This document shows, piece by piece, positions 16,149-25,658 of a stretch of 64,000 bases of DNA (position 1 is its first letter; every line of letters begins with the position of its first letter). The notes beneath the pieces are model-generated. The model saw only the letters and a list, made by a program, of their open reading frames with translations, made no database searches and had not been told where the DNA came from. The position numbers were made by a program, and so were the translations under genes. The stretch lies in IMG/VR virus record IMGVR_UViG_3300047557_001530, positions 96,001 to 160,000 of that record. One strand, given 5' to 3'. This DNA is from a virus.

Positions 16149-16998
16149 CATGAATCAGGTTATGATTAGTAACCTGATGGCACAACTTAAAAAAGATGAA
16201 CTAAATGAAAACTTAGTTCGTCATATGGTTCTCAAAAGTTTAGTTGCTTATGAGAGACAATACAAAGAAGAATATGGTGAAGTTGTTTTAGCTTACGATA
16301 GTAAACATTACTGGCGTAAAGACTTCTTTCCCTACTACAAATACAATAGAAAAAAAGATCGTAAGAGTTCTGGATTAGATTGGCATTCAATCTTTGATGT
16401 TCTGAATAAAATTCGTGATGAAATTAAAGAATACTTTCCATACCGAGTAATGGAAGTATTGGGTGCAGAAGCTGATGATGTTATCTCTGTACTGTGCAGA
16501 CACAAGAAACCGAAAGAGAAGATTCTAATTCTTTCTGGAGATAAAGATTTCATTCAACTACATAAGTATCCTGGGGTATATCAATACAATCCCATCATGA
16601 AAAGTTATATCATTTCAGACAATCCATATGCTTTTATAAAAGAACATATCATTAAGGGAGATAAATCAGATGGTATCCCCAACTTTCTTTCTGATGATGA
16701 TACTTTTGTCGCAGAAAAAAGACAAAAACCAATCAGTCAAAAGAAATTGAATGTATGGGTAGACCAAGACCCAGCCATGTTCTGTAAAACTAAATCAGAA
16801 ATTGATAATTACTATCGTAATAGAACACTTATTGATTTAGATTATGTTCCAGAAGATTTAGAACAAAAAATTCTGGTTGAATTTAATGAGCTAAATACAA
16901 TTGACAAACAAATTCCTTTAGAATACTTTCAGAAAAATCAACTTAATGATCTGATAGAAGTATTCTATTTTCGTAGTTCATCGCCATTTAAGAAATGA
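16135..16998 (+). CDS. rnh: T4-type RNase H / 5'-3' exonuclease
   Basis: IIIDMNQ, YWRK..FPYYK.NRK, AEADD, SGDKDF, GDKSDGIPN. Confidence 0.93.
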   Translation: MIIIDMNQVMISNLMAQLKKDELNENLVRHMVLKSLVAYERQYKEEYGEVVLAYDSKHYWRKDFFPYYKYNRKKDRKSSGLDWHSIFDVLNKIRDEIKEYFPYRVMEVLGAEADDVISVLCRHKKPKEKILILSGDKDFIQLHKYPGVYQYNPIMKSYIISDNPYAFIKEHIIKGDKSDGIPNFLSDDDTFVAEKRQKPISQKKLNVWVDQDPAMFCKTKSEIDNYYRNRTLIDLDYVPEDLEQKILVEFNELNTIDKQIPLEYFQKNQLNDLIEVFYFRSSSPFKK

Positions 16999-17429
16999 GA
17001 CTGTTAATTTCCGAAGTGCTCCAGAAAGTGAGCAATGCTAAGACCAAAGCAGAAAAGATTAAAATTCTTCATGAACATAATACTCCCGCTCTACGTTCTC
17101 TTCTCATCGCCAACTTCGATGAGAGCGTAGTTTCTATGCTTCCTGAAGGTGAAGTTCCATTCACACCAAATGATGCTCCAAAAGGAACAGAGCATACTGT
17201 TCTTGAACATGAGTACCGCAAACTTTATCTATTCTTTAAAGGTGGAACTTCTTCCATCAATCAAACCACCAGAGAAAATCTTTTCATTCAACTTCTAGAA
17301 GGGCTACAAGAAGAAGAAGCCAACCTACTAGTACTTGTAAAAGATAAATCTCTAGGCAGAAAATATAAAATTACTCGTGCTTGTGTAGAAGAAGCATTCC
17401 CCCAAATTAAATGGGGAGGACGTAGTTAA
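16995..17429 (+). CDS. Conserved T4-like phage hypothetical protein
   Basis: LLISEVL...LPEGEVP...RENLFIQLLEGL, typically follows rnh. Confidence 0.75.
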   Translation: MRLLISEVLQKVSNAKTKAEKIKILHEHNTPALRSLLIANFDESVVSMLPEGEVPFTPNDAPKGTEHTVLEHEYRKLYLFFKGGTSSINQTTRENLFIQLLEGLQEEEANLLVLVKDKSLGRKYKITRACVEEAFPQIKWGGRS

Positions 17430-17683
17430 TGGTTATTCTTCATCAAAACTGTGAACCCGAACTAGCAAATGATAGGTCTCTTCCCTATACTGCTTACCTC
17501 GTACATTATGAACTTGATGGAGCATTATGTTATGATCTAGTGATTCCTAGAAATAAAGTAGAAATATTTGATTACTATTGGGATCGATATAGAGAAGGTT
17601 TGAAATGGTTTAAACAATCCGAAGGGAGAGTAAATCCCAAACTCTGGGGAATAAAAAATAAAGAAGAAAAAAAGAAAAGATAA
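17429..17683 (+). CDS. Conserved cyanophage hypothetical protein
   Basis: DRSLPYTAYLV...IFDYYWD...GRVNPKLW. Confidence 0.75.
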   Translation: MVILHQNCEPELANDRSLPYTAYLVHYELDGALCYDLVIPRNKVEIFDYYWDRYREGLKWFKQSEGRVNPKLWGIKNKEEKKKR

Positions 17684-18010
17684 ATGGGAAAGCATTATTT
17701 ACTAAACCTTTACGGGTGCTCGTTGTCTCTTTTAGACAACGAGTTTTTTCTCTGTGATTTACTAGAGAATGCTGCTGAAGCATGTGGTGCTCATGTGTTG
17801 CAAACAATGTCACATCAATTTGAACCCCAAGGCGTAACAGCAATTTGTTTACTTTCTGAAAGTCATATCAGCATTCATACTTGGCCAGAAAAAGGAGAAG
17901 CTGCAGTAGATGTATTTACCTGCGGAGAATCTGAACCCAAGATTGCCTGCGATATTATTATTCAGCAACTCATTGCTAAAGATTATACTTTAGATTTTAT
18001 AGAAAGGTAA
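17684..18010 (+). CDS. speD: S-adenosylmethionine decarboxylase proenzyme
   Basis: HQFEPQGVT...LSESHISIHTWPE...DVFTCG. Confidence 0.96.
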   Translation: MGKHYLLNLYGCSLSLLDNEFFLCDLLENAAEACGAHVLQTMSHQFEPQGVTAICLLSESHISIHTWPEKGEAAVDVFTCGESEPKIACDIIIQQLIAKDYTLDFIER

Positions 18011-18020
18011 CAAATGTTAC
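18007..18020. promoter_or_regulatory. NtcA-box-like palindrome
   Basis: GTA-ACAAATGT-TAC (GTA-N8-TAC), extended palindrome GGTAACA..TGTTACC. Confidence 0.65.
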
Positions 18021-18044
18021 CGAATTATTCAAATATATAAAATA

Positions 18045-18153
18045 CGTTCATCCCTCTGGGACGGAAGTAAGCCGACTCGGAACGCATCGTTCATTTACAA
18101 AATTCTACACAAAGTATCGAATTTTGTAAACGGAAAAGCCGACTGAAGGAACG
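18045..18153 (+). ncRNA. Tandem glutamine riboswitch aptamers (glnA / Downstream-peptide type)
   Basis: CGTTCA-TCCC/GGGA-CGGAAGTAAGCCGACTCGGAACG, then CGTTCA-long hairpin-CGGAAAAGCCGACTGAAGGAACG, upstream of a YRG-motif gene. Confidence 0.8.
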
Positions 18154-18184
18154 CTCTTTAACATAACACTTAAGGAGAACCCTA

Positions 18185-18343
18185 ATGTCACAAGCAACCT
18201 ACAGAGGTTGTCAGTACAACACTGACGTACCTAAGCAAGAATATCAGCGTTGGTATTCGCAAACTCACGCACCAGCACATCCACAGAATACATATCGTGG
18301 TGTTGCCTACCGTCCTTGCAACAACCAGGAGGTAGCAAAATGA
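18185..18343 (+). CDS. DUF4278-like small protein (52 aa; not in the ORF track)
   Basis: AAGGAG RBS; MSQATYRGCQY...TYRGVAY with two YRG motifs. Confidence 0.8.
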   Translation: MSQATYRGCQYNTDVPKQEYQRWYSQTHAPAHPQNTYRGVAYRPCNNQEVAK

Positions 18344-18423
18344 ACTGGCTAAATGTGATTCGCAAACAAATATTAAAACAAAATAAACTTAAACAAGCAC
18401 AACTTGCAATGGCAATGAAATAA
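18340..18423 (+). CDS. Small basic peptide (27 aa)
   Basis: AGGAGG RBS, ATGA overlap; MNWLNVIRKQILKQNKLKQAQLAMAMK. Confidence 0.6.
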   Translation: MNWLNVIRKQILKQNKLKQAQLAMAMK

Positions 18424-18429
18424 TTTACT

Positions 18430-18464
18430 GAGGGGTTGACACCCCTCTTTTTTTGTGTTATGAT
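18430..18464 (+). terminator. Intrinsic terminator overlapping a sigma70 promoter
   Basis: GAGGGGT-TGAC-ACCCCTC-T7; TTGACA-17nt-TATGAT. Confidence 0.8.
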
Positions 18465-18487
18465 ACAGACAAATCTGCTTTGATACT

Positions 18488-18790
18488 ATGGCATCATTAA
18501 AGCGGGCTACCAAGATGCTTACTAAAGCATTAGATAACCCAAATTATTCTTACGACCAATATGTTGAAATTCTCAAGCGTCGTCATGAAATTAAGAAACT
18601 ACGTAAAAACCTACAAGACTATGAGCGAGCAACCCGTGGATTTGGATACACAATTGATCCAGCGATCTTTGAACAATCAATCGGTGAAACTAGTGACAGT
18701 GACACCGAATGCGGAAGAGACGATGGCGTATGTAGCGAGAGTCAGCAATCCGAACAACCAGGACAACCCGAAGATCTCGGGGCTGCTTAA
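18488..18790 (+). CDS. Hypothetical protein overlapping the thyX 5' end
   Basis: First ATG after the promoter; helical N-terminus ending RGFG. Confidence 0.6.
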   Translation: MASLKRATKMLTKALDNPNYSYDQYVEILKRRHEIKKLRKNLQDYERATRGFGYTIDPAIFEQSIGETSDSDTECGRDDGVCSESQQSEQPGQPEDLGAA

Positions 18791-19313
18791 GTATTGTATT
18801 CAGCATGAACATTGGTCTGTATTTGAACAAGCATACATGACCCTAGAGATCAATACTACTCGGGGTCTGGCGGCACAAATACTACGACATAGATCCTTCA
18901 CATTCCAGGAATTTTCTCAGCGATATGCTGATACCAATCTTCTGACAGAAGAGATTCCTGTTCCTGATCTTCGACGGCAGGATACAAAAAATCGTCAGAA
19001 TTCTATTGATGATCTTGATCCTGAATTAGTAATTGCATTCCAGCGTCGTACTAAGATGTTGTTTGCCGAGGCACAAGAACTATACACAGACATGCTTGGT
19101 GCTGGAGTTGCTAAAGAGTGTGCTCGGTTTGTACTTCCACTTGCTGTTCCCACAAGAATTTACATGACAGGATCTGTACGTTCGTGGGTACACTATATAG
19201 AATTGAGGTCCGCTAACGGTACTCAAAAAGAGCATATGGAAATTGCTCAAATGTGTAAAGAAATTTTCGCTACACAATTCCCAACTGTCGCTGAAGCTTT
19301 GGAGTGGATCTGA
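18621..19313 (+). CDS. thyX: Flavin-dependent thymidylate synthase
   Basis: HWSVFE, QILRHRSFTFQEFSQRY motif; start uncertain. Confidence 0.96.
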   Translation: MSEQPVDLDTQLIQRSLNNQSVKLVTVTPNAEETMAYVARVSNPNNQDNPKISGLLKYCIQHEHWSVFEQAYMTLEINTTRGLAAQILRHRSFTFQEFSQRYADTNLLTEEIPVPDLRRQDTKNRQNSIDDLDPELVIAFQRRTKMLFAEAQELYTDMLGAGVAKECARFVLPLAVPTRIYMTGSVRSWVHYIELRSANGTQKEHMEIAQMCKEIFATQFPTVAEALEWI

Positions 19314-19555
19314 TGCCTACTTATCCTGTAATTCATAAAGAAACTGGAGAGAAACAAGAACTCTACATGTCTATGGTAGAGTATGATCAGTGGAAAAAAG
19401 ACAATCCCGATTGGGATAAAGATTGGTCTGCTGGTGTCGCTGGTGTCGGAGAAGTCGGAGACTGGAAAGACAAGATGAGCAAAACTCACCCAGGTTGGGC
19501 TGATATTATGAAGAACAAGGTGGCTAAAGCCCCTGGTTCTCGTGTTCAATGGTAA
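19313..19555 (+). CDS. Conserved hypothetical protein (FmdB-like N-terminus)
   Basis: MPTYPVIHKETGE...GWADIM...APGS; usual position between thyX and phoH. Confidence 0.7.
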   Translation: MPTYPVIHKETGEKQELYMSMVEYDQWKKDNPDWDKDWSAGVAGVGEVGDWKDKMSKTHPGWADIMKNKVAKAPGSRVQW

Positions 19556-19575
19556 ACTAATCACTATAAACAACT

Positions 19576-20328
19576 ATGCCAAGAGCAAGAAAAAGAAATA
19601 CTCCAGACCTTAATGGTATGAGTGCTAAGCAAATGAGAAGAAAGAAGCCAATCAATTCTGATTATCTTCTTGAGATCGAACCTCTCACAGAAAATCAAAC
19701 TAAAATGTTTGAAGAGTATGGAACAGGTCAAAACATCTTTGCTTACGGTTGTGCTGGAACAGGCAAAACATTCGTTGCCCTTTACCTTGCTCTTCGTGAT
19801 GTTCTAGATGAAAAATCACCTTACGAAAAAATTTATATCGTTCGCTCTCTAGTTGCAACTAGAGAAATTGGTTTCCTTCCTGGTACGCACGAAGACAAGT
19901 CATCACTTTATCAAATTCCCTATAAGAATATGGTGAAGTATATGTTTGAGATGCCAGACGATCCTTCGTTTGATATGTTGTATGACAATCTCAAACAGCA
20001 GGAAACAATCAGTTTCTGGAGCACTTCTTTCCTTCGTGGTTCTACTCTAGACAATTCAATTATTATTGTTGATGAATGTCAGAACCTTAACTTCCACGAA
20101 CTTGATTCAATCATGACTCGTGTAGGACAAGATAGTAAGATTATGTTCTGTGGTGATGCTAGTCAGTCAGACTTGCAACGTACCAACGAGCGTACTGGTA
20201 TCATTGATTTCCAACGCATTCTTCAGAACATGGAAGAGTTTTCTCTTATCGAATTCGGTATTGAAGACATCGTTCGTTCTGGTCTTGTGAAGTCTTATCT
20301 CATCGCTAAAATTAATTTGGGAATGTAA
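19576..20328 (+). CDS. phoH: PhoH-family ATPase
   Basis: GCAGTGKT, IGFLPG, FLRGSTL, IIVDECQN, GDASQSDL, DIVRS. Confidence 0.96.
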   Translation: MPRARKRNTPDLNGMSAKQMRRKKPINSDYLLEIEPLTENQTKMFEEYGTGQNIFAYGCAGTGKTFVALYLALRDVLDEKSPYEKIYIVRSLVATREIGFLPGTHEDKSSLYQIPYKNMVKYMFEMPDDPSFDMLYDNLKQQETISFWSTSFLRGSTLDNSIIIVDECQNLNFHELDSIMTRVGQDSKIMFCGDASQSDLQRTNERTGIIDFQRILQNMEEFSLIEFGIEDIVRSGLVKSYLIAKINLGM

Positions 20329-21015
20329 ATGAAAATTTTTAATCATGTTGGGCTGATTGAGCCTATTGAAATGAATACTGTTATGATTGAAGGTCGGAGG
20401 TATTATAATACTCCGACTGGGAAGAAGCACAAATCAGTCACCACCGTGATTAGCAACAACCCAAAAAAGAAAGAGATAATTGCTAAGTGGAGGGCGAGAG
20501 TTGGGGAGGAAAAAGCAAACCGAATCTCCTCTCGCTCCACTACTAGAGGCAATCGCTATCATAAATTGGTAGAGAATTATCTCAACAATGAACATGATCC
20601 AAATCTTTATAAAGAATATCCTTTGGTTTGGATTATGTTTGATTCCTCTCGTAAAATTCTTGATAATATAAATAACATATACTTACAAGAGGCTGGCTTA
20701 TATTCTGATTTCCTTGGAATCGCTGGTCGTGTAGATTGTATTGCTGAGTACAACGGTAAACTTTCTATCATCGACTTCAAAACATCAGCCGAAGAAAAGA
20801 AAGAAGAATATCTTTACGATTATTATGTTCAGGAAACAGCATATGCTTGTATGCTACAGGAACTTTATAATCTGAAAGTGGAACAGTTAGTTACAATTGT
20901 TGCTTGTGAAAATGGTGAAACACAAGTAAGTATTCAGCCTCCCAAAAAAGAATATCTTATTAAACTACAACAGTACATTCGGGAATACGAAGAGAGGTAT
21001 GAAAGAAATATTTGA
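20329..21015 (+). CDS. PD-(D/E)XK exonuclease (Cas4/RecB-like)
   Basis: SVTTV, WRARVG, AGRVDCI...IIDFKTS, Q..AY. Confidence 0.88.
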   Translation: MKIFNHVGLIEPIEMNTVMIEGRRYYNTPTGKKHKSVTTVISNNPKKKEIIAKWRARVGEEKANRISSRSTTRGNRYHKLVENYLNNEHDPNLYKEYPLVWIMFDSSRKILDNINNIYLQEAGLYSDFLGIAGRVDCIAEYNGKLSIIDFKTSAEEKKEEYLYDYYVQETAYACMLQELYNLKVEQLVTIVACENGETQVSIQPPKKEYLIKLQQYIREYEERYERNI

Positions 21016-21244
21016 AAACAATTTTATGACGCCTACCAAATTTGCTCAGGAGGTTGAAAAAATAGCTCACGAAAATTCAATGAATTATATTGATGCTATT
21101 ATTCACTACTGCGAACATAACGAAATCGAAATTGAATCAGTGCCCAAACTGATGTCAAAGCCACTAAAAGAAAAACTTAAATACGACGCTCAGAAGCTCA
21201 ACTTCATGAAGAAAACTTCAAGAGCAAAACTCATGCTTGTATAA
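20999..21244 (+). CDS. 33: Late-transcription coactivator gp33
   Basis: FAQEVE...YIDAIIHYCE...LKEKLKYDAQKLN. Confidence 0.88.
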   Translation: MKEIFENNFMTPTKFAQEVEKIAHENSMNYIDAIIHYCEHNEIEIESVPKLMSKPLKEKLKYDAQKLNFMKKTSRAKLMLV

Positions 21245-21246
21245 CT

Positions 21247-21588
21247 ATGGGAAATTTTTTTAAATCCGAAATGGTTCGGGGTGATCTTCAAGAAATGGCA
21301 GAGCTTCAACAGTTCTGTATGAGATCTATGGTTGCTTTTCCTGTTCTTACAAAAGAAAAAAAGCTTCAATACTTTGAAGTGATGGAGCAACTAATTGAAA
21401 AACAAAAAATCTTTCATGCCCGTGTGTGTTTGAGTGATGACCCAGAGGCACAGGAAATGGCAGAGAGTATGAAGCAAGCTGCTATCATGCTTGGTGCCAC
21501 TCCCAATCAGACCATGGGAGCTATGTTTGATGACCTTCTTGAAAAGGTCCGTGTCATGAAACAGCAACTAGAGGCTCAGGGGGATTGA
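21247..21588 (+). CDS. Conserved cyanophage hypothetical protein
   Basis: FFKSEMVR...LIEKQKIFHAR..LSDDPEA. Confidence 0.75.
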   Translation: MGNFFKSEMVRGDLQEMAELQQFCMRSMVAFPVLTKEKKLQYFEVMEQLIEKQKIFHARVCLSDDPEAQEMAESMKQAAIMLGATPNQTMGAMFDDLLEKVRVMKQQLEAQGD

Positions 21589-21667
21589 CGCTCCCTTGAG
21601 CCTGTGATATGATGTCTAGGTGATTCAGCGTCACACAAGCCAAATCCAATTTATCCGAGAAAATCCT

Positions 21668-22552
21668 ATGTCTTTTGCTGATCTTAAGCGTAAGTCCCAG
21701 AGTAACTTTGAGTTCCTTCAGAAAGAACTTGAAAAGTCCAGCACCCAATCTGGTGCCGACGATAGGCTCTGGAAGCCCGAACTTGACGCTTCTGGTAACG
21801 GGTATGCTGTTATCCGTTTCCTCCCCGCTCCCGAAGGTGAGAGCGTACCCTGGGCAAAGGTTTACAACCACGCCTTCAAAGGTCCTGGTGGTTGGCTGAT
21901 TGATGGTTGTCCCACCACCAATGGTGATAAGTGCCCCATCTGTGCTGCCAACACACGTCTGTGGAATAGTGGTCATGAATCCGACAAAGCCATCGCTCGT
22001 GATCGTAAGCGTAAGCTTTCCTACTACAGCAACATTTATGTTGTGAACGATCCCAAGAACCCCGACAACAACGGCAAGGTTATGTTGTTCAAGTATGGTA
22101 AGAAGATCCACGACAAGATCCTCGCCGCCATGCAGCCCGAATTCCAAGATGAAACTCCTATCAACGTGTTTGATCTTTGGGAAGGTGCTAACTTCAAAAT
22201 CAAGATCCGTACCATTGGTGGTTACTGGAACTATGATGCTTCTGAATTTGGTTCTCCTGCTGCTCTGAGTCAAGATGATGATGAACTGGAAGCAATCTGG
22301 AAGCAAGAGTATTCTCTTGAAGCATTTACTGCTCCCAGTGAATTCAAGAGCTATGAAGAGCTTGAAAATCGCATGAGTGTTGTTCTGAATACTGCTCCTG
22401 AAGTTCGTCAGGCTCAGTATGAAGAGGAAGAAGAACCCGCTGCTGTTGCTACTGCTACGGTTGCTCGTGAACCTGATCTTCCTTCGTTCAAATCTAACGA
22501 TGATGACGATGATGCTCTGAGCTACTTTGCTCGACTGGCTGAAGAAGATTGA
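21668..22552 (+). CDS. 32: Single-stranded DNA-binding protein gp32
   Basis: MSFADLK, GNGYAVIRFLP, CPIC, acidic C-terminus; promoter TTGACG-17nt-TATGAT at 21585-21613. Confidence 0.96.
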   Translation: MSFADLKRKSQSNFEFLQKELEKSSTQSGADDRLWKPELDASGNGYAVIRFLPAPEGESVPWAKVYNHAFKGPGGWLIDGCPTTNGDKCPICAANTRLWNSGHESDKAIARDRKRKLSYYSNIYVVNDPKNPDNNGKVMLFKYGKKIHDKILAAMQPEFQDETPINVFDLWEGANFKIKIRTIGGYWNYDASEFGSPAALSQDDDELEAIWKQEYSLEAFTAPSEFKSYEELENRMSVVLNTAPEVRQAQYEEEEEPAAVATATVAREPDLPSFKSNDDDDDALSYFARLAEED

Positions 22553-22560
22553 TACAACGA

Positions 22561-22583
22561 AGGGGGCTTACGCCCCCTTTTTT
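22561..22583. terminator. Terminator between convergent gp32 and gp53
   Basis: AGGGGGC-TTAC-GCCCCCT plus T run. Confidence 0.8.
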
Positions 22584-23232
22584 ATACTCCAGTTTTTTTC
22601 AACTTATTGGATATGTAATCGCTAGATTGAGTATACATATTTGTTTTTCTAAAATCAGAAAGAAACGCATCAAGATACTCTGGTCTTAGTAAATAGATTT
22701 CTCTTTTCTTTTCGTTTTCTTGACTTTCGTATTCAAACGCAGTTACAGGATACGACAGTTCACTTCCAGGAATACTTTTAATTTCATCTCCGTCCCAATA
22801 CTTGAATGGTCTATTGTAAAATGTCTCGTCAACAATTATATTTTCTTTAAGAACTAAATCTCCATTGCTATTTCTGTATTCATATGTTTGATAATGATGT
22901 ATTTCAGAATATGGATCTTCGTAAATTGATTCGCAATATTTTCTTAAAGCATATTCACTCATTGGCCAATCAAATAATGGATTAATTATGTTGTTAGTTA
23001 AAACAATTATCCAATCAAAAAAAGGATCTCCATATGCTTTTTCTGCTAAGGTGTCTAATCTTTCGCCTTCAACTATAGAGTATTGTTTAAAGAAAGTTGC
23101 ATAAGAAAATACATCAGGATTAACCTGATATCTTCTGAAGAAATTTTTAGCTACAACAAAGTCTGAATTAGAAAATGGATAACTAATTGGCTTTGTATCG
23201 TATTCTATATTAGGAATATTTTTAAAGTACAT
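22582..23232 (-). CDS. 53: Baseplate wedge protein gp53
   Basis: MYFKNIPN, GERLDTLAEKAYGD...WII..N, ENEKKR.I.L. Confidence 0.9.
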   Translation of the reverse strand: MYFKNIPNIEYDTKPISYPFSNSDFVVAKNFFRRYQVNPDVFSYATFFKQYSIVEGERLDTLAEKAYGDPFFDWIIVLTNNIINPLFDWPMSEYALRKYCESIYEDPYSEIHHYQTYEYRNSNGDLVLKENIIVDETFYNRPFKYWDGDEIKSIPGSELSYPVTAFEYESQENEKKREIYLLRPEYLDAFLSDFRKTNMYTQSSDYISNKLKKTGV

Positions 23233-23233
23233 T

Positions 23234-24319
23234 TTAGAAAGTTGGTCCGTCTTCGTTGATTTCGCTTGCAAATAGGATCTTCATTTCTCTAAAAGTAATT
23301 TTTAGTTGTGTTGCTACAGGAGATCCATCACTATATGTAGCATAAGAACCATCTGGAGTATAATTTATTGACACATCAGTAATCGCAGATAATTTATATT
23401 GAGGCAAGAAAGGATGAAGTCCTGATCCTTTCATAAATGTAACTTGGCATACGTCTGGTATAGTTAATAAATTAGGAGAATTATTTTCAAATCCAAATAT
23501 TGCTTGTCCCCCAAATGATGGTAGCATTGATTTTTTAAATCTATTACAAATTTTTCTAATGGTTTTTGCTTCTCCATCTGTTCTTGGAGTCATTTTAAAT
23601 GATAAATCAAATCCTCTAAGATCTGGAGACTCATACATCATTTCTACGTTTGGATTTAACACAGTACCACTGACTCCACCCATTACTTGATTTATATTAA
23701 CATTAGCATTTAATGTTTCATTTATAGATTTTGTTATTTGATCAAACGCCATTGTTTTTATCATCCCAGGTACTGATTGAATTCCTGTAGGTATAGCACT
23801 TAGATTTGTTCCAGCTAAATTTAACAATCCTGCAGTTAATGTACCAAATCCAGCTCCTCCCCACTTGGCACTGTATTGAGCTTGAACATCCTCTGGCATG
23901 TATAAAATTATTGGAGGACTAGTTGTTTTCTTACCTATTCCTGATTGAGCATACAAATCATAACCTGAGTTTCCACTGTCTATATTTACACTCCCATCTC
24001 CTCCTTGCCCTCTTCCGAATGGGGGATCGTATTTAAAAAAAGTAAAAATTACATAGTCAGATTTATCATCTAATAAGTCTGATGGATACCTTAAAGCTTG
24101 ACTTTTATTTTCTCTGGGGGCTGTAAATTTTATAACATTATCTGATTTTGGTGGAGTATATCCAGAAGAAGAACTACTAGAATTTGGGTCATTTACTTTA
24201 GTTCCTTGGTTTATCAAAGCTTGATTTGCAGTAGAACCTGCGTTACCTCTATTCTTAAATCCATCACCACTGTCATAGAATAAAGATCTTCCTTCGATGT
24301 AGTATTCTCCTTTTGCCAT
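23234..24319 (-). CDS. 48: Baseplate tail-tube cap gp48
   Basis: LRYP, ILYMP, NPNVEMMY...LRGF, YTPDG, PVATQLKITFRE. Confidence 0.85.
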   Translation of the reverse strand: MAKGEYYIEGRSLFYDSGDGFKNRGNAGSTANQALINQGTKVNDPNSSSSSSGYTPPKSDNVIKFTAPRENKSQALRYPSDLLDDKSDYVIFTFFKYDPPFGRGQGGDGSVNIDSGNSGYDLYAQSGIGKKTTSPPIILYMPEDVQAQYSAKWGGAGFGTLTAGLLNLAGTNLSAIPTGIQSVPGMIKTMAFDQITKSINETLNANVNINQVMGGVSGTVLNPNVEMMYESPDLRGFDLSFKMTPRTDGEAKTIRKICNRFKKSMLPSFGGQAIFGFENNSPNLLTIPDVCQVTFMKGSGLHPFLPQYKLSAITDVSINYTPDGSYATYSDGSPVATQLKITFREMKILFASEINEDGPTF

Positions 24320-25188
24320 TACTTGACTCTCTCTATGTCTTTTTTATCAGAACCTTTTACAATACGAATACCTTTTATTCTATCATTCCAATATTGCTCG
24401 ATCTCTTCCCAAACATATTCTTTAGGATATTCAATTCTTCCGCCCCCCTTCATAAGAACAAATTCTTCAACTGGAAGAAATATAGCAGTTTCCCATTCTT
24501 GTTTGGCAAGATCTAAGAATAAACTTTTACACCTTTTATTTAAATATTTATGAATAATCTTTTGAGGAATGTCTATTCTTCCTTCTTGTAATTTATTGAT
24601 AACTATTTGTCTTCGTTTTGGTTTTAGGTAATGTAAATTTGCCCCATAAAATTCTGAGCCGTGAACACTTAAAACATATACTAATGGATACTTATCGTAA
24701 TATGGTAGGCTTTGAGTCTCTGCTTGGTATTCGTAAAAGTATAAGTGACCAGGAAAAACTCTTCTTCTTAAAACATTTTGATCCTGATACACCAGAGCAT
24801 CAACAGACTCCATCTTTTGTTCGATGGTCATTCTATTGTTTTCTGTGGTATACTTATCCCCTATTGATCTTAACGCAGACTTATACCATGTGATACTTTT
24901 TGCTTCTCCTCCAGTAAGTTCTTTTATTTGTTCAAAAATAGTTTTATAATTTTTCTTTAAAAATTCTTGATAACCTTTCGTAGCTTTAACTGCTTCAGCA
25001 AGTTCCCTCATATCTTTATATGAGGAATATCTTTTTATACCATACTTAGAAGCTAAAGCACGAATTTGATCTCTAGTGTATGTGTCAGCAGAAAGACCTC
25101 CATCTAATTCGTGCCCTGTTAAATGACTCCATTTATCAACGTTGTCTTTTGCATTTGGTTTTGGCTTTAGATTATTCTTAGCTGCCAT
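24319..25188 (-). CDS. 2: DNA end protector gp2 with N-terminal extension
   Basis: LPYYDKYPL, GANLHYL, HKYL, AIFLPVEEF. Confidence 0.85.
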   Translation of the reverse strand: MAAKNNLKPKPNAKDNVDKWSHLTGHELDGGLSADTYTRDQIRALASKYGIKRYSSYKDMRELAEAVKATKGYQEFLKKNYKTIFEQIKELTGGEAKSITWYKSALRSIGDKYTTENNRMTIEQKMESVDALVYQDQNVLRRRVFPGHLYFYEYQAETQSLPYYDKYPLVYVLSVHGSEFYGANLHYLKPKRRQIVINKLQEGRIDIPQKIIHKYLNKRCKSLFLDLAKQEWETAIFLPVEEFVLMKGGGRIEYPKEYVWEEIEQYWNDRIKGIRIVKGSDKKDIERVK

Positions 25189-25189
25189 G

Positions 25190-25627
25190 CTATACTCCTA
25201 AATGGTCTTCCGTGAGGATTAAAAATTTCATTTGTCTATCTTCACAGAAATCTTCTGCTGCTTCCCATTTAGCACGATTTTTTATGTATGTTAGAACTTC
25301 TCTTTTCCAAGCAGCGGTTTTTCTTTTTGGTTTTTCTGTAGGACCAGTAACTTGTTTCTTTGGCTTGACTTCTATTAGATATTTACTAACCCTACCATCT
25401 TTGCTTTTCACTTTAATATAAAAATCTGGATAGTATCTATGCACTCTGCCATCCGTAGGGCAACGGTAAGGAATAATTATTTCTTCACTACCCCATTCTA
25501 TAATACTATTGTTATTATCACAAAATACCATAAACTTTCTTTCCCACATGGAACGATAGATGATCCTTGTGGGGTTCCCCCTATATTTTTTGGGGTTAGT
25601 GGGTTTATAGATTCCAGAGTATGCCAT
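25190..25627 (-). CDS. 4: Head completion nuclease gp4
   Basis: NPKKYRG, YRSMWE, WGSEE, HRYYPDF, IEVKP. Confidence 0.92.
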   Translation of the reverse strand: MAYSGIYKPTNPKKYRGNPTRIIYRSMWERKFMVFCDNNNSIIEWGSEEIIIPYRCPTDGRVHRYYPDFYIKVKSKDGRVSKYLIEVKPKKQVTGPTEKPKRKTAAWKREVLTYIKNRAKWEAAEDFCEDRQMKFLILTEDHLGV

Positions 25628-25658
25628 AAATAAATATATCCCTCCGAGTATATTTAGA

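Noticed and set aside
18152-18163. CGCTCTTTAACA, identical to enterobacterial boxA
   Set aside because: Overlaps the conserved aptamer 3' end and differs from cyanobacterial boxA; probably chance
20329-21015. Cas4-like nuclease as part of a CRISPR system
   Set aside because: Core T4-like cyanophage exonuclease position; no array or other cas genes
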